Made by a program: the position numbers and the translations under genes. DNA of 64,000 nucleotides from an uncultured Gammaproteobacteria bacterium (GTDB taxonomy: Bacteria; Patescibacteriota; Patescibacteriia; Magasanikbacterales; UBA922), in the NCBI GenBank assembly GCA_964394405.1, contig CAYMVY010000001.1, positions 345,236 to 409,235 on the forward strand. Reading direction: 5' to 3'. The stretch's first letter is position 1. Every line of letters starts with the position of its first letter. Under the pieces are notes generated by a model. That model saw only the letters and a program-made list of their open reading frames with translations, was not told the DNA's origin and searched no databases. Positions 38,727-47,688 of the stretch are shown here, in pieces.

Positions 38727-39488
38727 ATGTATGTCTATCTATACGACAATTTTTTAAGGCACAAACGGTATCAGACCGTGCTTAAGGCAATGGAGACACG
38801 ACTCACCGACTATGGAATTGCTGGGAAAATTATTCGATTACAGCAATATTCTTCCTCAGATCTCGTAATCCAGGACGAAATTCGTCGAGGTGCAAAGACG
38901 ATTGTAATCGTGGGCAATGACACTACCTTCGGGCACGTGCTCTCCTATGTCGCTTCGTACGATATTACGTTTGCATTTATTCCGATGGGTCCGGATAATA
39001 GCATCGCCCAGGTGCTCGGAATTCCGATTGGTATTGACGCGTGCGATATTCTCGCTCGTCGAAGACGTCTTCGACTTGATGTGGGTTGGATTAATAATCG
39101 GTACTTTATTTCCCAGCTGCATATTCCGCCAAGCCATATTTCAATTCAATATGACGAGCGCTTCACGGTGTCTAGTAAAAGTGGAAAGATGGAGCTCGTA
39201 GTGTGTAATCTTAAACCGTTTGTGTGGACTGGAAAAGGCAAAAGATATATTGCGCATCCGCAGGATAATAAGCTTGAAGCATTTTTGCGTCCAGTAATAA
39301 AAAAGGGGATATTTGGTCGCGATCAATTCGAAGAACCAAGTATTTTTCCATTTGAAGAAATGGTAGTGTGGAGCAAAAAACCATTTGTGGTTGAAGCGGA
39401 TGGGAAAACTACCAAAGAAGTAAAAATTACGATTAGACTTGCCAAAAGCAGGATTGATATGGTGGTGGGGAAGGAGAGAAAGTTTTGA
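38727..39488 (+). CDS. diacylglycerol kinase catalytic-domain family lipid kinase (YegS/DAGK_cat-like)
   Basis: IVIVGNDTTFGHVLSYV ... FAFIPMGPDNSIAQVLGIP matches the GGDGT ... P-G-T-N-D pattern of DAGK_cat. Confidence 0.5.
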   Translation: MYVYLYDNFLRHKRYQTVLKAMETRLTDYGIAGKIIRLQQYSSSDLVIQDEIRRGAKTIVIVGNDTTFGHVLSYVASYDITFAFIPMGPDNSIAQVLGIPIGIDACDILARRRRLRLDVGWINNRYFISQLHIPPSHISIQYDERFTVSSKSGKMELVVCNLKPFVWTGKGKRYIAHPQDNKLEAFLRPVIKKGIFGRDQFEEPSIFPFEEMVVWSKKPFVVEADGKTTKEVKITIRLAKSRIDMVVGKERKF

Positions 39489-39498
39489 ACTATTACGG

Positions 39499-39527
39499 TT
39501 GACAAAACCGTTTTTTTGTGATAGCAT
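39499..39527 (+). promoter_or_regulatory. candidate promoter of rnpB (TTGACA - 17 nt - TAGCAT)
   Basis: A perfect -35 ttgaca at 39499-39504 and tagcat at 39522-39527. The predicted TSS coincides with the start of the P1 helix. Confidence 0.4.
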
Positions 39528-39532
39528 GTCAC

Positions 39533-39978
39533 TGTTTCGTATTACTTGAGATGATCGTCTTATCCTCCGATTCGGAGAGTAGGAAGGAAAGTCCGAACTT
39601 CCCCCGACGTTACGTCGGGGAAAAAGGTAGTGGGTAACACCCACCCCCCGATCCGTGAGGTATTGGGGCGGGAAAGTGCCACAGAGACTATACTACCCTG
39701 CACCAGAAACGGTACAGGGGAAACGTGAAAAGTGTGCTGATGTGTTGATCGGTTCAGCAATTGCGCTTGATCAATGCTACGGTACTAGTCCTATTGTGAA
39801 ATAGGATGTTGGTAAACCCTACCTGAAGAAAGAGCAGCGTTTCCCGACTCAGTCGGGATTCGAAAAGTTAGCTCGTTTTGATCTCACTGGCAACAGTGGG
39901 GCTAGAGAAATGATCATTACTCCCGACGTAACGTCGGGGGATACAGAATTCGGCTTATGAGAGTAGTGCGAAACAAAA
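39533..39978 (+). ncRNA. rnpB: RNase P RNA (bacterial type), with extra hairpin insertions
   Basis: Universal P4 segments GGAAGGAAAGTCCGAAC and ACAGAATTCGGCTTAT, GGTAGTGGGTAACACCCACC (the GGUAAC P5-P7 region), GGGAAACG and GGTAAACCCTACC. The P1 pairing is tgtttcg...cgaaaca. It is followed by the atctgtacc-agaaa-tggtgcagattttttt terminator at 39981-40011. Confidence 0.75.
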
Positions 39979-39980
39979 AG

Positions 39981-40011
39981 ATCTGTACCAGAAATGGTGC
40001 AGATTTTTTTG
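39981..40011 (+). terminator. rho-independent terminator of rnpB
   Basis: atctgtacc agaaa tggtgcagat followed by ttttttt. Confidence 0.55.
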
Positions 40012-40095
40012 TAGAATCGTGAGGTCGTCTATACTAATAAAGTACTACTATACATACTTAGCTTCTAAGAGAAAAGTGTGGTAGAATCACTTTTT

Positions 40096-40806
40096 ATGAA
40101 GAAAATTGTTATTATTACCCTCGCTCTCGTAGTGATACCTGTACTGTTGTCTGGTGTATATTTTTTGTACAACAATTATGTGATTACTCAGTCTTTTAAA
40201 AATGAGGGGGAGTATGTCTTCCTATTACATGGTCTCGGAAGAACCTCGCTCTCAATGCAGCGGATGGGAGTTCGTCTCGCGAATGAGGGATATCGAGTAA
40301 TAAATATCAATTACCCGGGAACTCGTGAGAGTATTGAACATTTGGTAGAGAAAAAATTAAAACCAGTGGTGGAAGAACAATATACGGATAAAAGTACACG
40401 AATTAATTTTGTGACGCATTCGATGGGTGGAATCATGGTCCGATATTTTTTGGCACACCATGAATTGGAAGGGGTGCATCGGTTGGTTATGCTCGCTCCA
40501 CCAAACAAGGGGAGTAAACTTGCAGATCGATGGATAGGGAGTGCATTTATCGGTCGTATTATGGGACCAGCACTTGAGGAGCTTACGACTGATGAAAAAA
40601 GTCTGGTGAATACGCTACCTATTCCAACATATGAAGTGGGAATTATTGCAGGAGCAAATGATGAAAAAGTGTCGCCAGAGCAAGCACAACTCGATGGAGT
40701 GCAAGATTTTTTGGTAGTTCCAAAGGAACATACGTGGATTATGAATGCTCCTGAAGTATTGGATGCAGTAGTGAAATTCTTGAGAGAAGGGAAATTCACA
40801 GAATAG
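40096..40806 (+). CDS. alpha/beta-hydrolase fold esterase/lipase, membrane-anchored
   Basis: N-terminal TM, the VTHSMGG nucleophile elbow (GxSxG) and a downstream Asp/His. The track ORF starts at a GTG at 40078. The ATG at 40096 gives MKKIVIITLALVV. Confidence 0.75.
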   Translation: MKKIVIITLALVVIPVLLSGVYFLYNNYVITQSFKNEGEYVFLLHGLGRTSLSMQRMGVRLANEGYRVININYPGTRESIEHLVEKKLKPVVEEQYTDKSTRINFVTHSMGGIMVRYFLAHHELEGVHRLVMLAPPNKGSKLADRWIGSAFIGRIMGPALEELTTDEKSLVNTLPIPTYEVGIIAGANDEKVSPEQAQLDGVQDFLVVPKEHTWIMNAPEVLDAVVKFLREGKFTE

Positions 40807-40815
40807 AGATATAAT

Positions 40816-40850
40816 AAAAATACCCCTCCAATTCAGAGGGGTATTTTGTA
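40816..40850. terminator. bidirectional terminator between the convergent hydrolase and sigma factor genes
   Basis: aaaaataCCCCTCcaattcaGAGGGGtattttgt. Confidence 0.55.
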
Positions 40851-40997
40851 ATCAGATAGTGCACCCGCAGCACTCTCCTAGTAAATGTTAAAAAGGAGAA
40901 CGCAATAGGGTGATGGAAAGCTGACGGACATGTCCGAACAGGTTTCCATCTTGAGAGGTTAGTGCCCAAGCACACCCCTCTATGTAGGCGAGACGTG

Positions 40998-42017
40998 TCA
41001 TGGCTCATCGTGGGGAGTATACACCCGCTGCAGGTGTTCGATCGCTTTGACTTGGAGTTGTCGTGTGCGTTCGCGGGTCAGATTAAGGAGTGCACCCATC
41101 TCATCGAGAGTCTTGGGACGTTCTCCTTTCAGTCCAAAGCGATGAATGAGGATATAGCGACTGCGGACAGTGAGTCCAGGGTGATCGAGGAGACTCTCGA
41201 CGAATCTCCGTGCATCCAGTTTGTCGAGCAGGACAGTGGGAGGCAGCAGTCCCTCATACCGTTCGGAAATCTCGATAGTATTCCCGAGAAGCATGGTGGT
41301 ATCATCAGGTCTGGATCGAGTAGATTCGAGGCTCTCGATCGAACCGCGGTAGTTCGGATGGTGGATCACTGCTTCGAGTTCTGAATACCGTCTCTTCGAC
41401 ATTCTGAGTGCCTGTCGGATTTCTTCAGAGGAGGCTTCTCGACCGAGCTCTTTCTCGAGCTCTGCTTTGGTGTCCTGGTAGTGTTTGACCATCCGTCGAA
41501 GCTTGATCGGGAATTTCACTGTTCCCAGCCGGAGCAGTCGATGGAAGATCTTTTGACGGAACCAGAACCAGACGTAGCTACCGAATCCAGAACCGCGCGT
41601 TTCGTCATATCCATGGACTGCGTCGATCATCCCTTCGAACATGTCCTGTATGATGTCAGCTTCGTCAAGCATTGGATCCAGTCTGCCGTTGCCGAACATA
41701 TTCAGATAGGAAGTACGATTAAGGAAATCGTGGACCAGTCCTTTGTTCTTCCGGATGAATCCATCCAGGTCTGAAGTGCCATCAGGCATGGTGAGTTCGT
41801 TGGAAGTACAACTCGTGGCGAAGCCGAGGGTGAACAGGCGCCGCCGCACGAATTCATAGACTCCATGAGGAAACCCTTCTTCGAGGATCTCCATCTTGGG
41901 TCGTGCGAGGAACTCTCCGACCGTCGTGATTTTGAGCTTCTTCAGACGGTCAATGATTGATTGGCGGAACTTGAGTTTGTCGAGACGCGTGTGGAGTGAT
42001 TTTTTCTTCTGCTTCAT
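40998..42017 (-). CDS. RNA polymerase sigma-70 family factor (RpoD/SigA-like)
   Basis: A region 2 promoter-recognition block (YVWFWFRQKIFHRL), region 3 and a region 4.2 HTH (TLDEMGALLNLTRERTRQLQVKAIEHL). 339 aa. Confidence 0.82.
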   Translation of the reverse strand: MKQKKKSLHTRLDKLKFRQSIIDRLKKLKITTVGEFLARPKMEILEEGFPHGVYEFVRRRLFTLGFATSCTSNELTMPDGTSDLDGFIRKNKGLVHDFLNRTSYLNMFGNGRLDPMLDEADIIQDMFEGMIDAVHGYDETRGSGFGSYVWFWFRQKIFHRLLRLGTVKFPIKLRRMVKHYQDTKAELEKELGREASSEEIRQALRMSKRRYSELEAVIHHPNYRGSIESLESTRSRPDDTTMLLGNTIEISERYEGLLPPTVLLDKLDARRFVESLLDHPGLTVRSRYILIHRFGLKGERPKTLDEMGALLNLTRERTRQLQVKAIEHLQRVYTPHDEP

Positions 42018-42151
42018 GAGACACCTCTGGTGGTACGGGAAAGAACAATTACCCTCCGTTAGTGAAAAACACTATAGGAAAACAGTAGTACTGTCAAGAA
42101 ATATTAGGGTTAAAAATAGCTTAATGTGGGGATTTTTATTTGAGAAAAATT

Positions 42152-42181
42152 AATAAAACAAAACATCCGTGTGTCGGATGC
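42152..42181 (-). terminator. rho-independent terminator downstream of tRNA-Leu (minus strand)
   Basis: Minus strand reads gcatccg-acacac-ggatg followed by ttttgtttt. Confidence 0.5.
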
Positions 42182-42189
42182 TTTTGTTG

Positions 42190-42271
42190 TGCTCAGGAGA
42201 GGACTCGAACCTCCATGCCTTTCGGCGCTACCACCTCAAGGTAGTGCGTCTACCAATTTCGCCACCTGAGC
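42190..42271 (-). tRNA. tRNA-Leu (anticodon GAG), type II with long variable arm
   Basis: The minus-strand sequence gctcaggtggcgaaattggtagacgcactaccttgaggtggtagcgccgaaaggcatggaggttcgagtcctctcctgagca folds as a cloverleaf. The anticodon loop ttGAGgt gives anticodon GAG. The T-loop is ttcgagt. CCA is not encoded. Confidence 0.85.
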
Positions 42272-42299
42272 ATATTTTGTCCAAAGATCATTTTTTCTA

Positions 42300-42385
42300 A
42301 ATCTCAGGCGAGTGCGTCCCATGTACCACAAGAGTACATGGCCGTGAACCTTTTTGGTTCGCGGTATCAATTTCGCCACCTGAGC
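42300..42385 (-). pseudogene. tRNA-Leu-like 5' fragment (duplicated acceptor/D-arm without a T-arm); not a functional tRNA
   Basis: The minus strand reads gctcaggtggcgaaattgataccgc..., identical to the first about 18 nt of the adjacent tRNA-Leu. It is followed by two unrelated hairpins (gaacc-aaaaa-ggttc and ccatgtac-tcttgtg-gtacatgg). No T-arm or acceptor 3' strand is present. Confidence 0.4.
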
Positions 42386-42447
42386 ATTTATTTGCTTACA
42401 TAGAATGCCATACATTTTGAGCTTAGTCAAGGGTTTGTAAATGCAAT

Positions 42448-42575
42448 AAACTCAAAACGTAAAACTCAAAAGTCAAAACTAGAACTTAAATCTTAAAACT
42501 TTTACCTTGTATTAGTTTTGAATTTTTAGTTACAGTTTTTAGCTTTGAGATTTGAGTTTTAAGTTGTACTATAGT
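42448..42575. repeat. AT-rich palindromic intergenic repeat (AAACTCAAAAC family), copy 4
   Basis: aaactcaaaacgtaaaactcaaaagtcaaaactagaacttaaatcttaaaac ... agtttttagctttgagatttgagttttaagttg. Confidence 0.55.
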
Positions 42576-42622
42576 TTGCTTAGACACTTAATTTTTGCTA
42601 CACTGTACACATATTTTACTTT

Positions 42623-44041
42623 ATGAAACGCTCCGAAGGAATGCTCATGGTACTTCAGGTACCACTCGACTACATTCTCATTCTACTTGCAGCAGTCACG
42701 GCATACGGCATACGTTTTTTGCCATTTTTTGTCGAACTTCGCACCGTGCGTTTTGATCTCACTCTGCCTGACTTTTTTATACGCGCTGCGATCGCAGGAT
42801 TAGGTATCATTCTCATCTTTGCGTTTGATGGGCTCTATAGTCCTGATCCGAATAGAAAACTGTCCGAAGTATTGAGACGTGTCGTGGTTTTGTCTACAGT
42901 GGGTCTTGCATTTGTAGCGCTCGGTATTATATTTCTTTCCGCGCAATTCGAATCACGTTTTTTATTAATCAGTACATGGTTTTTTACGATTGTATTTGTA
43001 TCGAGCGGCAGAATTCTCATGCGCGCTATGCGAGGTATCATGTATCGTCTGGGAGTGGGATTGCGTAATGTAATTATTGTGGGCGACGAACACGTGGGTG
43101 AGCGTATCGGTGAAGAACTCACTCGGAGGCAAGAGCTCGGGTATCGCGTACTCATGATTTCAAAAAATTTCACTGAAACTGATGCACGAAAATTCGGGAA
43201 ACGCGAGATTGATGAAATCATTTTTGCGCATCCGAGAGGTCGTGAAGCAGAAGCTTTGAAAATTATTGAATATTGTACTCGACATCATATTGTATTCAAA
43301 TATTCTGCTGACATGTTTGCAGCGTACGCCGCAAATGCGACGATTACCGCACTCGCAGGAATGCCGATGGTCGAGCTCAAACGCACCCCACTCGAAGGAT
43401 GGGGGAAAGTAATTAAGAGAGTGTCAGATATTGTTTTTAGCCTTCTATTTATTATTTTGCTTTCTCCCGTATTACTGCTCGTAGCATTGATTATTTTTAT
43501 AGAAACAGGCCGGCCGATTTTGTATAAAAACGAACGGGTGGGATATCGCGGGAGAATATTTTTTACATATAAATTCAGATCCATGTACCAGAAAGATAGT
43601 ACAGGTCCGCAATTCGGCAAGTCAGGAAAATTTGCTGAGCAGAGGGAAAAGCAATTGATAGAGAAACAAAATACGCGCACCGGTCCGATCTATAAAATTG
43701 GAAATGATCCGCGCATTACACCAGTGGGGAGATGGATTAGAAAATGGAGTCTTGATGAATTACCCCAGTTTTTCAATGTGTTATCTGGGACTATGAGTAT
43801 TGTGGGCCCCAGACCTCATCAGCCACGAGAAGTGGATCTCTATAAGGACGCATATCCGACGGTGTTTGCGGTAAAGCCAGGAATCACGGGGCTCTCACAA
43901 ATTTCAGGTAGGTCAGATTTGGAATTTGAAGAAGAGATGAGGCTCGATGTACTCTATATTGAGCGCTGGACATTGTTCCTTGATGTGATTATTATGCTCA
44001 AAACTCCGTTTATTTTGTTCAAAAAAAGAAAGGCTGAGTAA
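42623..44041 (+). CDS. polyprenyl-phosphate glycosylphosphotransferase (bacterial sugar transferase, WbaP/WcaJ-like)
   Basis: Four N-terminal TM helices, a central Rossmann-like region and a C-terminal Bac_transf domain (KRVSDIVFSLLFIILLSPVLLLVALIIFIETGRPILYKNERVGYRGRIFFTYKFRSM ... DELPQFFNVLSGTMSIVGPRP). Confidence 0.88.
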   Translation: MKRSEGMLMVLQVPLDYILILLAAVTAYGIRFLPFFVELRTVRFDLTLPDFFIRAAIAGLGIILIFAFDGLYSPDPNRKLSEVLRRVVVLSTVGLAFVALGIIFLSAQFESRFLLISTWFFTIVFVSSGRILMRAMRGIMYRLGVGLRNVIIVGDEHVGERIGEELTRRQELGYRVLMISKNFTETDARKFGKREIDEIIFAHPRGREAEALKIIEYCTRHHIVFKYSADMFAAYAANATITALAGMPMVELKRTPLEGWGKVIKRVSDIVFSLLFIILLSPVLLLVALIIFIETGRPILYKNERVGYRGRIFFTYKFRSMYQKDSTGPQFGKSGKFAEQREKQLIEKQNTRTGPIYKIGNDPRITPVGRWIRKWSLDELPQFFNVLSGTMSIVGPRPHQPREVDLYKDAYPTVFAVKPGITGLSQISGRSDLEFEEEMRLDVLYIERWTLFLDVIIMLKTPFILFKKRKAE

Positions 44042-44137
44042 GTCTCTATAGTAGTGTTACTTCCAGGTAGTTGAAGTATATAGTGAAGAAGTGATAGAGT
44101 AGGGTCTAATTAGTATAGGCTTAGTGTAGACGGATCT

Positions 44138-45247
44138 ATGAAAATCGCCCTGGTACATGATTATTTAGCACAAGACGGAGGGGCAGAACGAGTGCTCCTC
44201 TCCCTCCATCGTATGTGGCCTGAAGCCCCTATTTTTACGTTATTTCATGCCAAAGGATCAGTGAGTGGCTTCGATAATGCAGATATTCGCGAATCATATA
44301 TCGCACGTCTTCCCTGGGGCAGGAAAAAATATCAGTGGTATCTGCCACTCATGCCTCAAGCATTTGAGTCTTTTGATTTTACGGGATTTGATGTCGTTAT
44401 TTCTTCGACGAGTGCGTTTGCAAAAGGGATCATCACTCCGCCTGAAACAGTGCATATCTGCTATTGCCATACACCTACCCGGTATCTCTGGACTGATACA
44501 CAAGAATATATCGCGGATTTGAAATATCCAAAATTAATAAAAATTTTTCTTCCCCGATTATTCCATAAATTACGAGTGGTGGACCAGCTCGCTGCAGAGA
44601 GAGTTGACCAATTTATTGCAAACTCACATACCGTGCAAGAACGAATTCTCAAATATTATCGACGTGAAAGTCAGGTGATATTTCCACCAGTCGATCTGAC
44701 GCGTGCCGCGGTCGCTTCATCGATTGGCGATTATTTTATTTCTGGGGGGAGATTGGTGCCCTACAAACGATTTGATTTGATTATTGAGACATTTAATCGG
44801 CTAAAACAAAAATTAATTATTTTTGGGGATGGTCCAAGTATGACCGAACTCAAACATCGGGCAAAAGAAAATATTACATTTACCGGAAGAATAAGTGAAG
44901 AAGAAAAAATGAAATTGCTTTCACGAGCAAAAGCGTTTATCAATCCGCAGCTCGAAGATTTTGGTATTACCCCGATTGAGTCAATGGCAAATGGGAGACC
45001 CGTCATTGCCTATGGCGCGGGCGGGGCCACTGAAACCATTATCAGTGGAGTGACTGGAGTATTTTTTCACCGACAGTCATGGAATGAATTGTTTGAGACT
45101 ATTCAGAATTTTGATGCTGCGACGTGGGATTCATCAGTGATTCGCGCACATGCGGAAAAATTTTCACAAGCAGTATTTGAAAAGAATATGAAAGATGTGG
45201 TTGAAAATGCATATCACGAACATCAGAAAAATATATATAAAATATAA
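44138..45247 (+). CDS. glycosyltransferase family 4 (GT-B fold)
   Basis: EDFGITPIESMANGRPVIAYGAGGATETI matches the GT4 E-x7-E signature region. Confidence 0.82.
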   Translation: MKIALVHDYLAQDGGAERVLLSLHRMWPEAPIFTLFHAKGSVSGFDNADIRESYIARLPWGRKKYQWYLPLMPQAFESFDFTGFDVVISSTSAFAKGIITPPETVHICYCHTPTRYLWTDTQEYIADLKYPKLIKIFLPRLFHKLRVVDQLAAERVDQFIANSHTVQERILKYYRRESQVIFPPVDLTRAAVASSIGDYFISGGRLVPYKRFDLIIETFNRLKQKLIIFGDGPSMTELKHRAKENITFTGRISEEEKMKLLSRAKAFINPQLEDFGITPIESMANGRPVIAYGAGGATETIISGVTGVFFHRQSWNELFETIQNFDAATWDSSVIRAHAEKFSQAVFEKNMKDVVENAYHEHQKNIYKI

Positions 45248-45249
45248 CT

Positions 45250-46398
45250 ATGGTGGTTGGAGTCGATATACGACCATTGATTGAGGAAACACCGACTGGT
45301 ATCGGACATGCGACGCATGCGCTTATTCATGAAATGATACAAGACAATTCAATCGAATGGTATATGTACTACAATCGAGGAAAGCGATATACCGAACCGC
45401 AGAGCATACAGACGCTTGCTGCGTTTCCTCATGTACACATTATCCGCACGCGATATCCGAATAAGTTGCTCAATCTCGGTCTTCGAAGCGGGATTATTAC
45501 ACTCGACAGAATTATCAAATATGCAGCAAAGATCGAAGCCCTCGACTGGTTGATATTGCCGAATCTGGGTTTTGCGTCGGTTTCAAAAGAAACTCGCATG
45601 ATGCTCATGGTACATGACTTGAGTTTTATGCGTTTTCCGAATTTTTTTTCAAAAAAACGCTTGTGGTGGCATAAAATTTTGGGCCCTAAAAAATTGATTA
45701 CTCAGGCAGATGCAATTATGGTGCCTTCAGAAAATACACGAAGAGATTTGGAAAAAATATATCGCATCGATCCTTCGCGTGTACACACGGTTCCGCACGG
45801 GAGAATAGAAAAAATTGAGAGTGCAACAGACAGCAGAATTGATCCGAACATTCCGAAAGATTTTTTCTTGGCCCTCTCAACTATTGAGCCACGAAAAAAT
45901 TTTGAAGGACTGGTGCATGCGTATAGAGAAAGCGGATTGCGGAGACGGGGGATTGGATTGGTAATTATTGGAGCAAAAGGGTGGAGATATCGTAAAGTGC
46001 TAAAGAGTTTCAAAAATACTCCAGGTGTCATCTATCTCGGATACGTGGATGATGCACAAAAAAGAATGCTTCTGTCAGGCGCCAAAGCTCTGATTTATCC
46101 GAGTTTTTATGAAGGATTCGGTCTTCCGGTTATTGAAGCATTCTCCTGTGGTACACCAGTCATCACCTCTGATCGGTCATCTCTTCCTGATATTAGCGGA
46201 GGAGCAGCATATCTTGTCCGCCCACATATGGTGTCTGATATGGTGCATGCGATGCGGGATATTGCGTTTGGTGAAAAATTGCGAGAATGGTATCGTGAGC
46301 AGGGAATCATGCGTAGCGATTCTTTTTCCTGGAATAAAGCAGCGAGTCAGGTGCTGTCTGTACTACATACTCAGAGTAATCGTAAAGAATACGTATGA
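45250..46398 (+). CDS. glycosyltransferase family 4 (GT-B fold)
   Basis: EGFGLPVIEAFSCGTPVITSDRSSLPDISG. Confidence 0.82.
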   Translation: MVVGVDIRPLIEETPTGIGHATHALIHEMIQDNSIEWYMYYNRGKRYTEPQSIQTLAAFPHVHIIRTRYPNKLLNLGLRSGIITLDRIIKYAAKIEALDWLILPNLGFASVSKETRMMLMVHDLSFMRFPNFFSKKRLWWHKILGPKKLITQADAIMVPSENTRRDLEKIYRIDPSRVHTVPHGRIEKIESATDSRIDPNIPKDFFLALSTIEPRKNFEGLVHAYRESGLRRRGIGLVIIGAKGWRYRKVLKSFKNTPGVIYLGYVDDAQKRMLLSGAKALIYPSFYEGFGLPVIEAFSCGTPVITSDRSSLPDISGGAAYLVRPHMVSDMVHAMRDIAFGEKLREWYREQGIMRSDSFSWNKAASQVLSVLHTQSNRKEYV

Positions 46399-47516
46399 AA
46401 ATCGCTATTGATGCACGAATGTATGGTAAAGGATTTGGGATCGGCAGATATGTTGAGTCTCTGGTTCATGGACTAGAAACATATCCATCAGATATTTCGT
46501 ATGTTCTCTACATGAAGCCTGAATCAATTGAAGCATATCGAAACGCTGGTGGAGGATTCGAGGTGATTGAGGCACCGTATCATTGGTATGGCATAGCAGA
46601 ACAGACTACATTTGCCTCCCTGCTGAATCGCGGTACACATGATCTACTGCATGTTCCGCATTGGAATATTCCAATGCGATATAGACGTCCGTACGTGGTC
46701 ACGATTCATGATCTCACCATGTTTCATTTTCCTCGGTATGAAGCAACTACCCGGAGTTTTCCCGTCTTTTGGGTAAAAGACAAAATACATAGATTGGTCG
46801 TGAGACACGCTGCGCGTCAAGCAGTAGAAATTATTGCAACCAGTCAATTCACCAAAGCCGATATTATGTCTTCACTAGGTATTCCTGAGGGAAAGATATC
46901 AGTCATATACCAGGCTCCGTCGCTCACCGTGAGTCAGAGAGATAACTGGGGAGAAATACAATCCACACATTCTTTGAATAAGCCGTATGTACTGTATGTG
47001 GGAGCAGCGTATCCGCATAAGAATCTCAAACGATTACTTGAGGCATGGAAAGAAGTCTCATTGGAATTTCCCGAACATGAGCTGGTGCTCGCTGGGAATC
47101 CTAGTGTGTTTTATCATGACCTCGAAGCATATGCGCAGAACATGGGTATACCACATACGCGCTGTATTGGCTTTGTTGAGGATGAACAGCTGAGTGCCTT
47201 GTACACCCATGCGCGTGCAGTGGTGTTCCCTAGTCTGTATGAGGGGTTTGGCCTACCTCCGATCGAAGCCTTGTCTCATAATACTCCCGTTATTGCGTCC
47301 AATTCGAGTTGTCTGCCTGAAATATTGGGAGAAGCAGCGTACTATGTCGACCCTCGTGAAGTCAGTCACATAGCGCGGGGAATTTCTACCGTGCTCAGTA
47401 GTGAAGAAGTGAGAATAGAATTAAGACAGGCTGCGAGAGCGCAATTGCAACTATTTTCAAATGAAACATATATTAAGAATACACTCGGGGTATACACAAA
47501 AGCTTTACAGTATTAG
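46395..47516 (+). CDS. glycosyltransferase family 4 (GT-B fold)
   Basis: EGFGLPPIEALSHNTPVIASNSSCLPEILG. Its start overlaps the previous stop (ATGA). Confidence 0.82.
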   Translation: MKIAIDARMYGKGFGIGRYVESLVHGLETYPSDISYVLYMKPESIEAYRNAGGGFEVIEAPYHWYGIAEQTTFASLLNRGTHDLLHVPHWNIPMRYRRPYVVTIHDLTMFHFPRYEATTRSFPVFWVKDKIHRLVVRHAARQAVEIIATSQFTKADIMSSLGIPEGKISVIYQAPSLTVSQRDNWGEIQSTHSLNKPYVLYVGAAYPHKNLKRLLEAWKEVSLEFPEHELVLAGNPSVFYHDLEAYAQNMGIPHTRCIGFVEDEQLSALYTHARAVVFPSLYEGFGLPPIEALSHNTPVIASNSSCLPEILGEAAYYVDPREVSHIARGISTVLSSEEVRIELRQAARAQLQLFSNETYIKNTLGVYTKALQY

Positions 47517-47656
47517 TACAAGCGCATAGAGGATTGTTGAAATCCAAAATGGATGCATCACCTATCAGATACAATAGTGATGCAGAGAGGTAAAAACTTG
47601 TACACAAGAGGTATTCAGAAAGACGTAATCTGCCATAGATTGGGCATTCGTGTATA

Positions 47657-47665
47657 TGGTATACT
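47657..47665 (+). promoter_or_regulatory. candidate extended -10 promoter element (TGgTATACT) upstream of the 896-aa gene
   Basis: tggtatact at 47657-47665, about 24 nt upstream of the ATG at 47689. Confidence 0.25.
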
Positions 47666-47688
47666 GTACCTATGCTTGATGTGTACCC

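Noticed and set aside
40311-40799. 162-aa minus-strand ORF
   Set aside because: It is antisense to the alpha/beta hydrolase gene, which has a clear GxSxG motif and TM anchor.
42300-42385. Second complete tRNA gene next to tRNA-Leu
   Set aside because: Only the acceptor 5' strand and D-arm are present. The candidate anticodon stem gaacc/ggttc encloses a 5-nt loop, and there is no T-arm or 3' acceptor strand.
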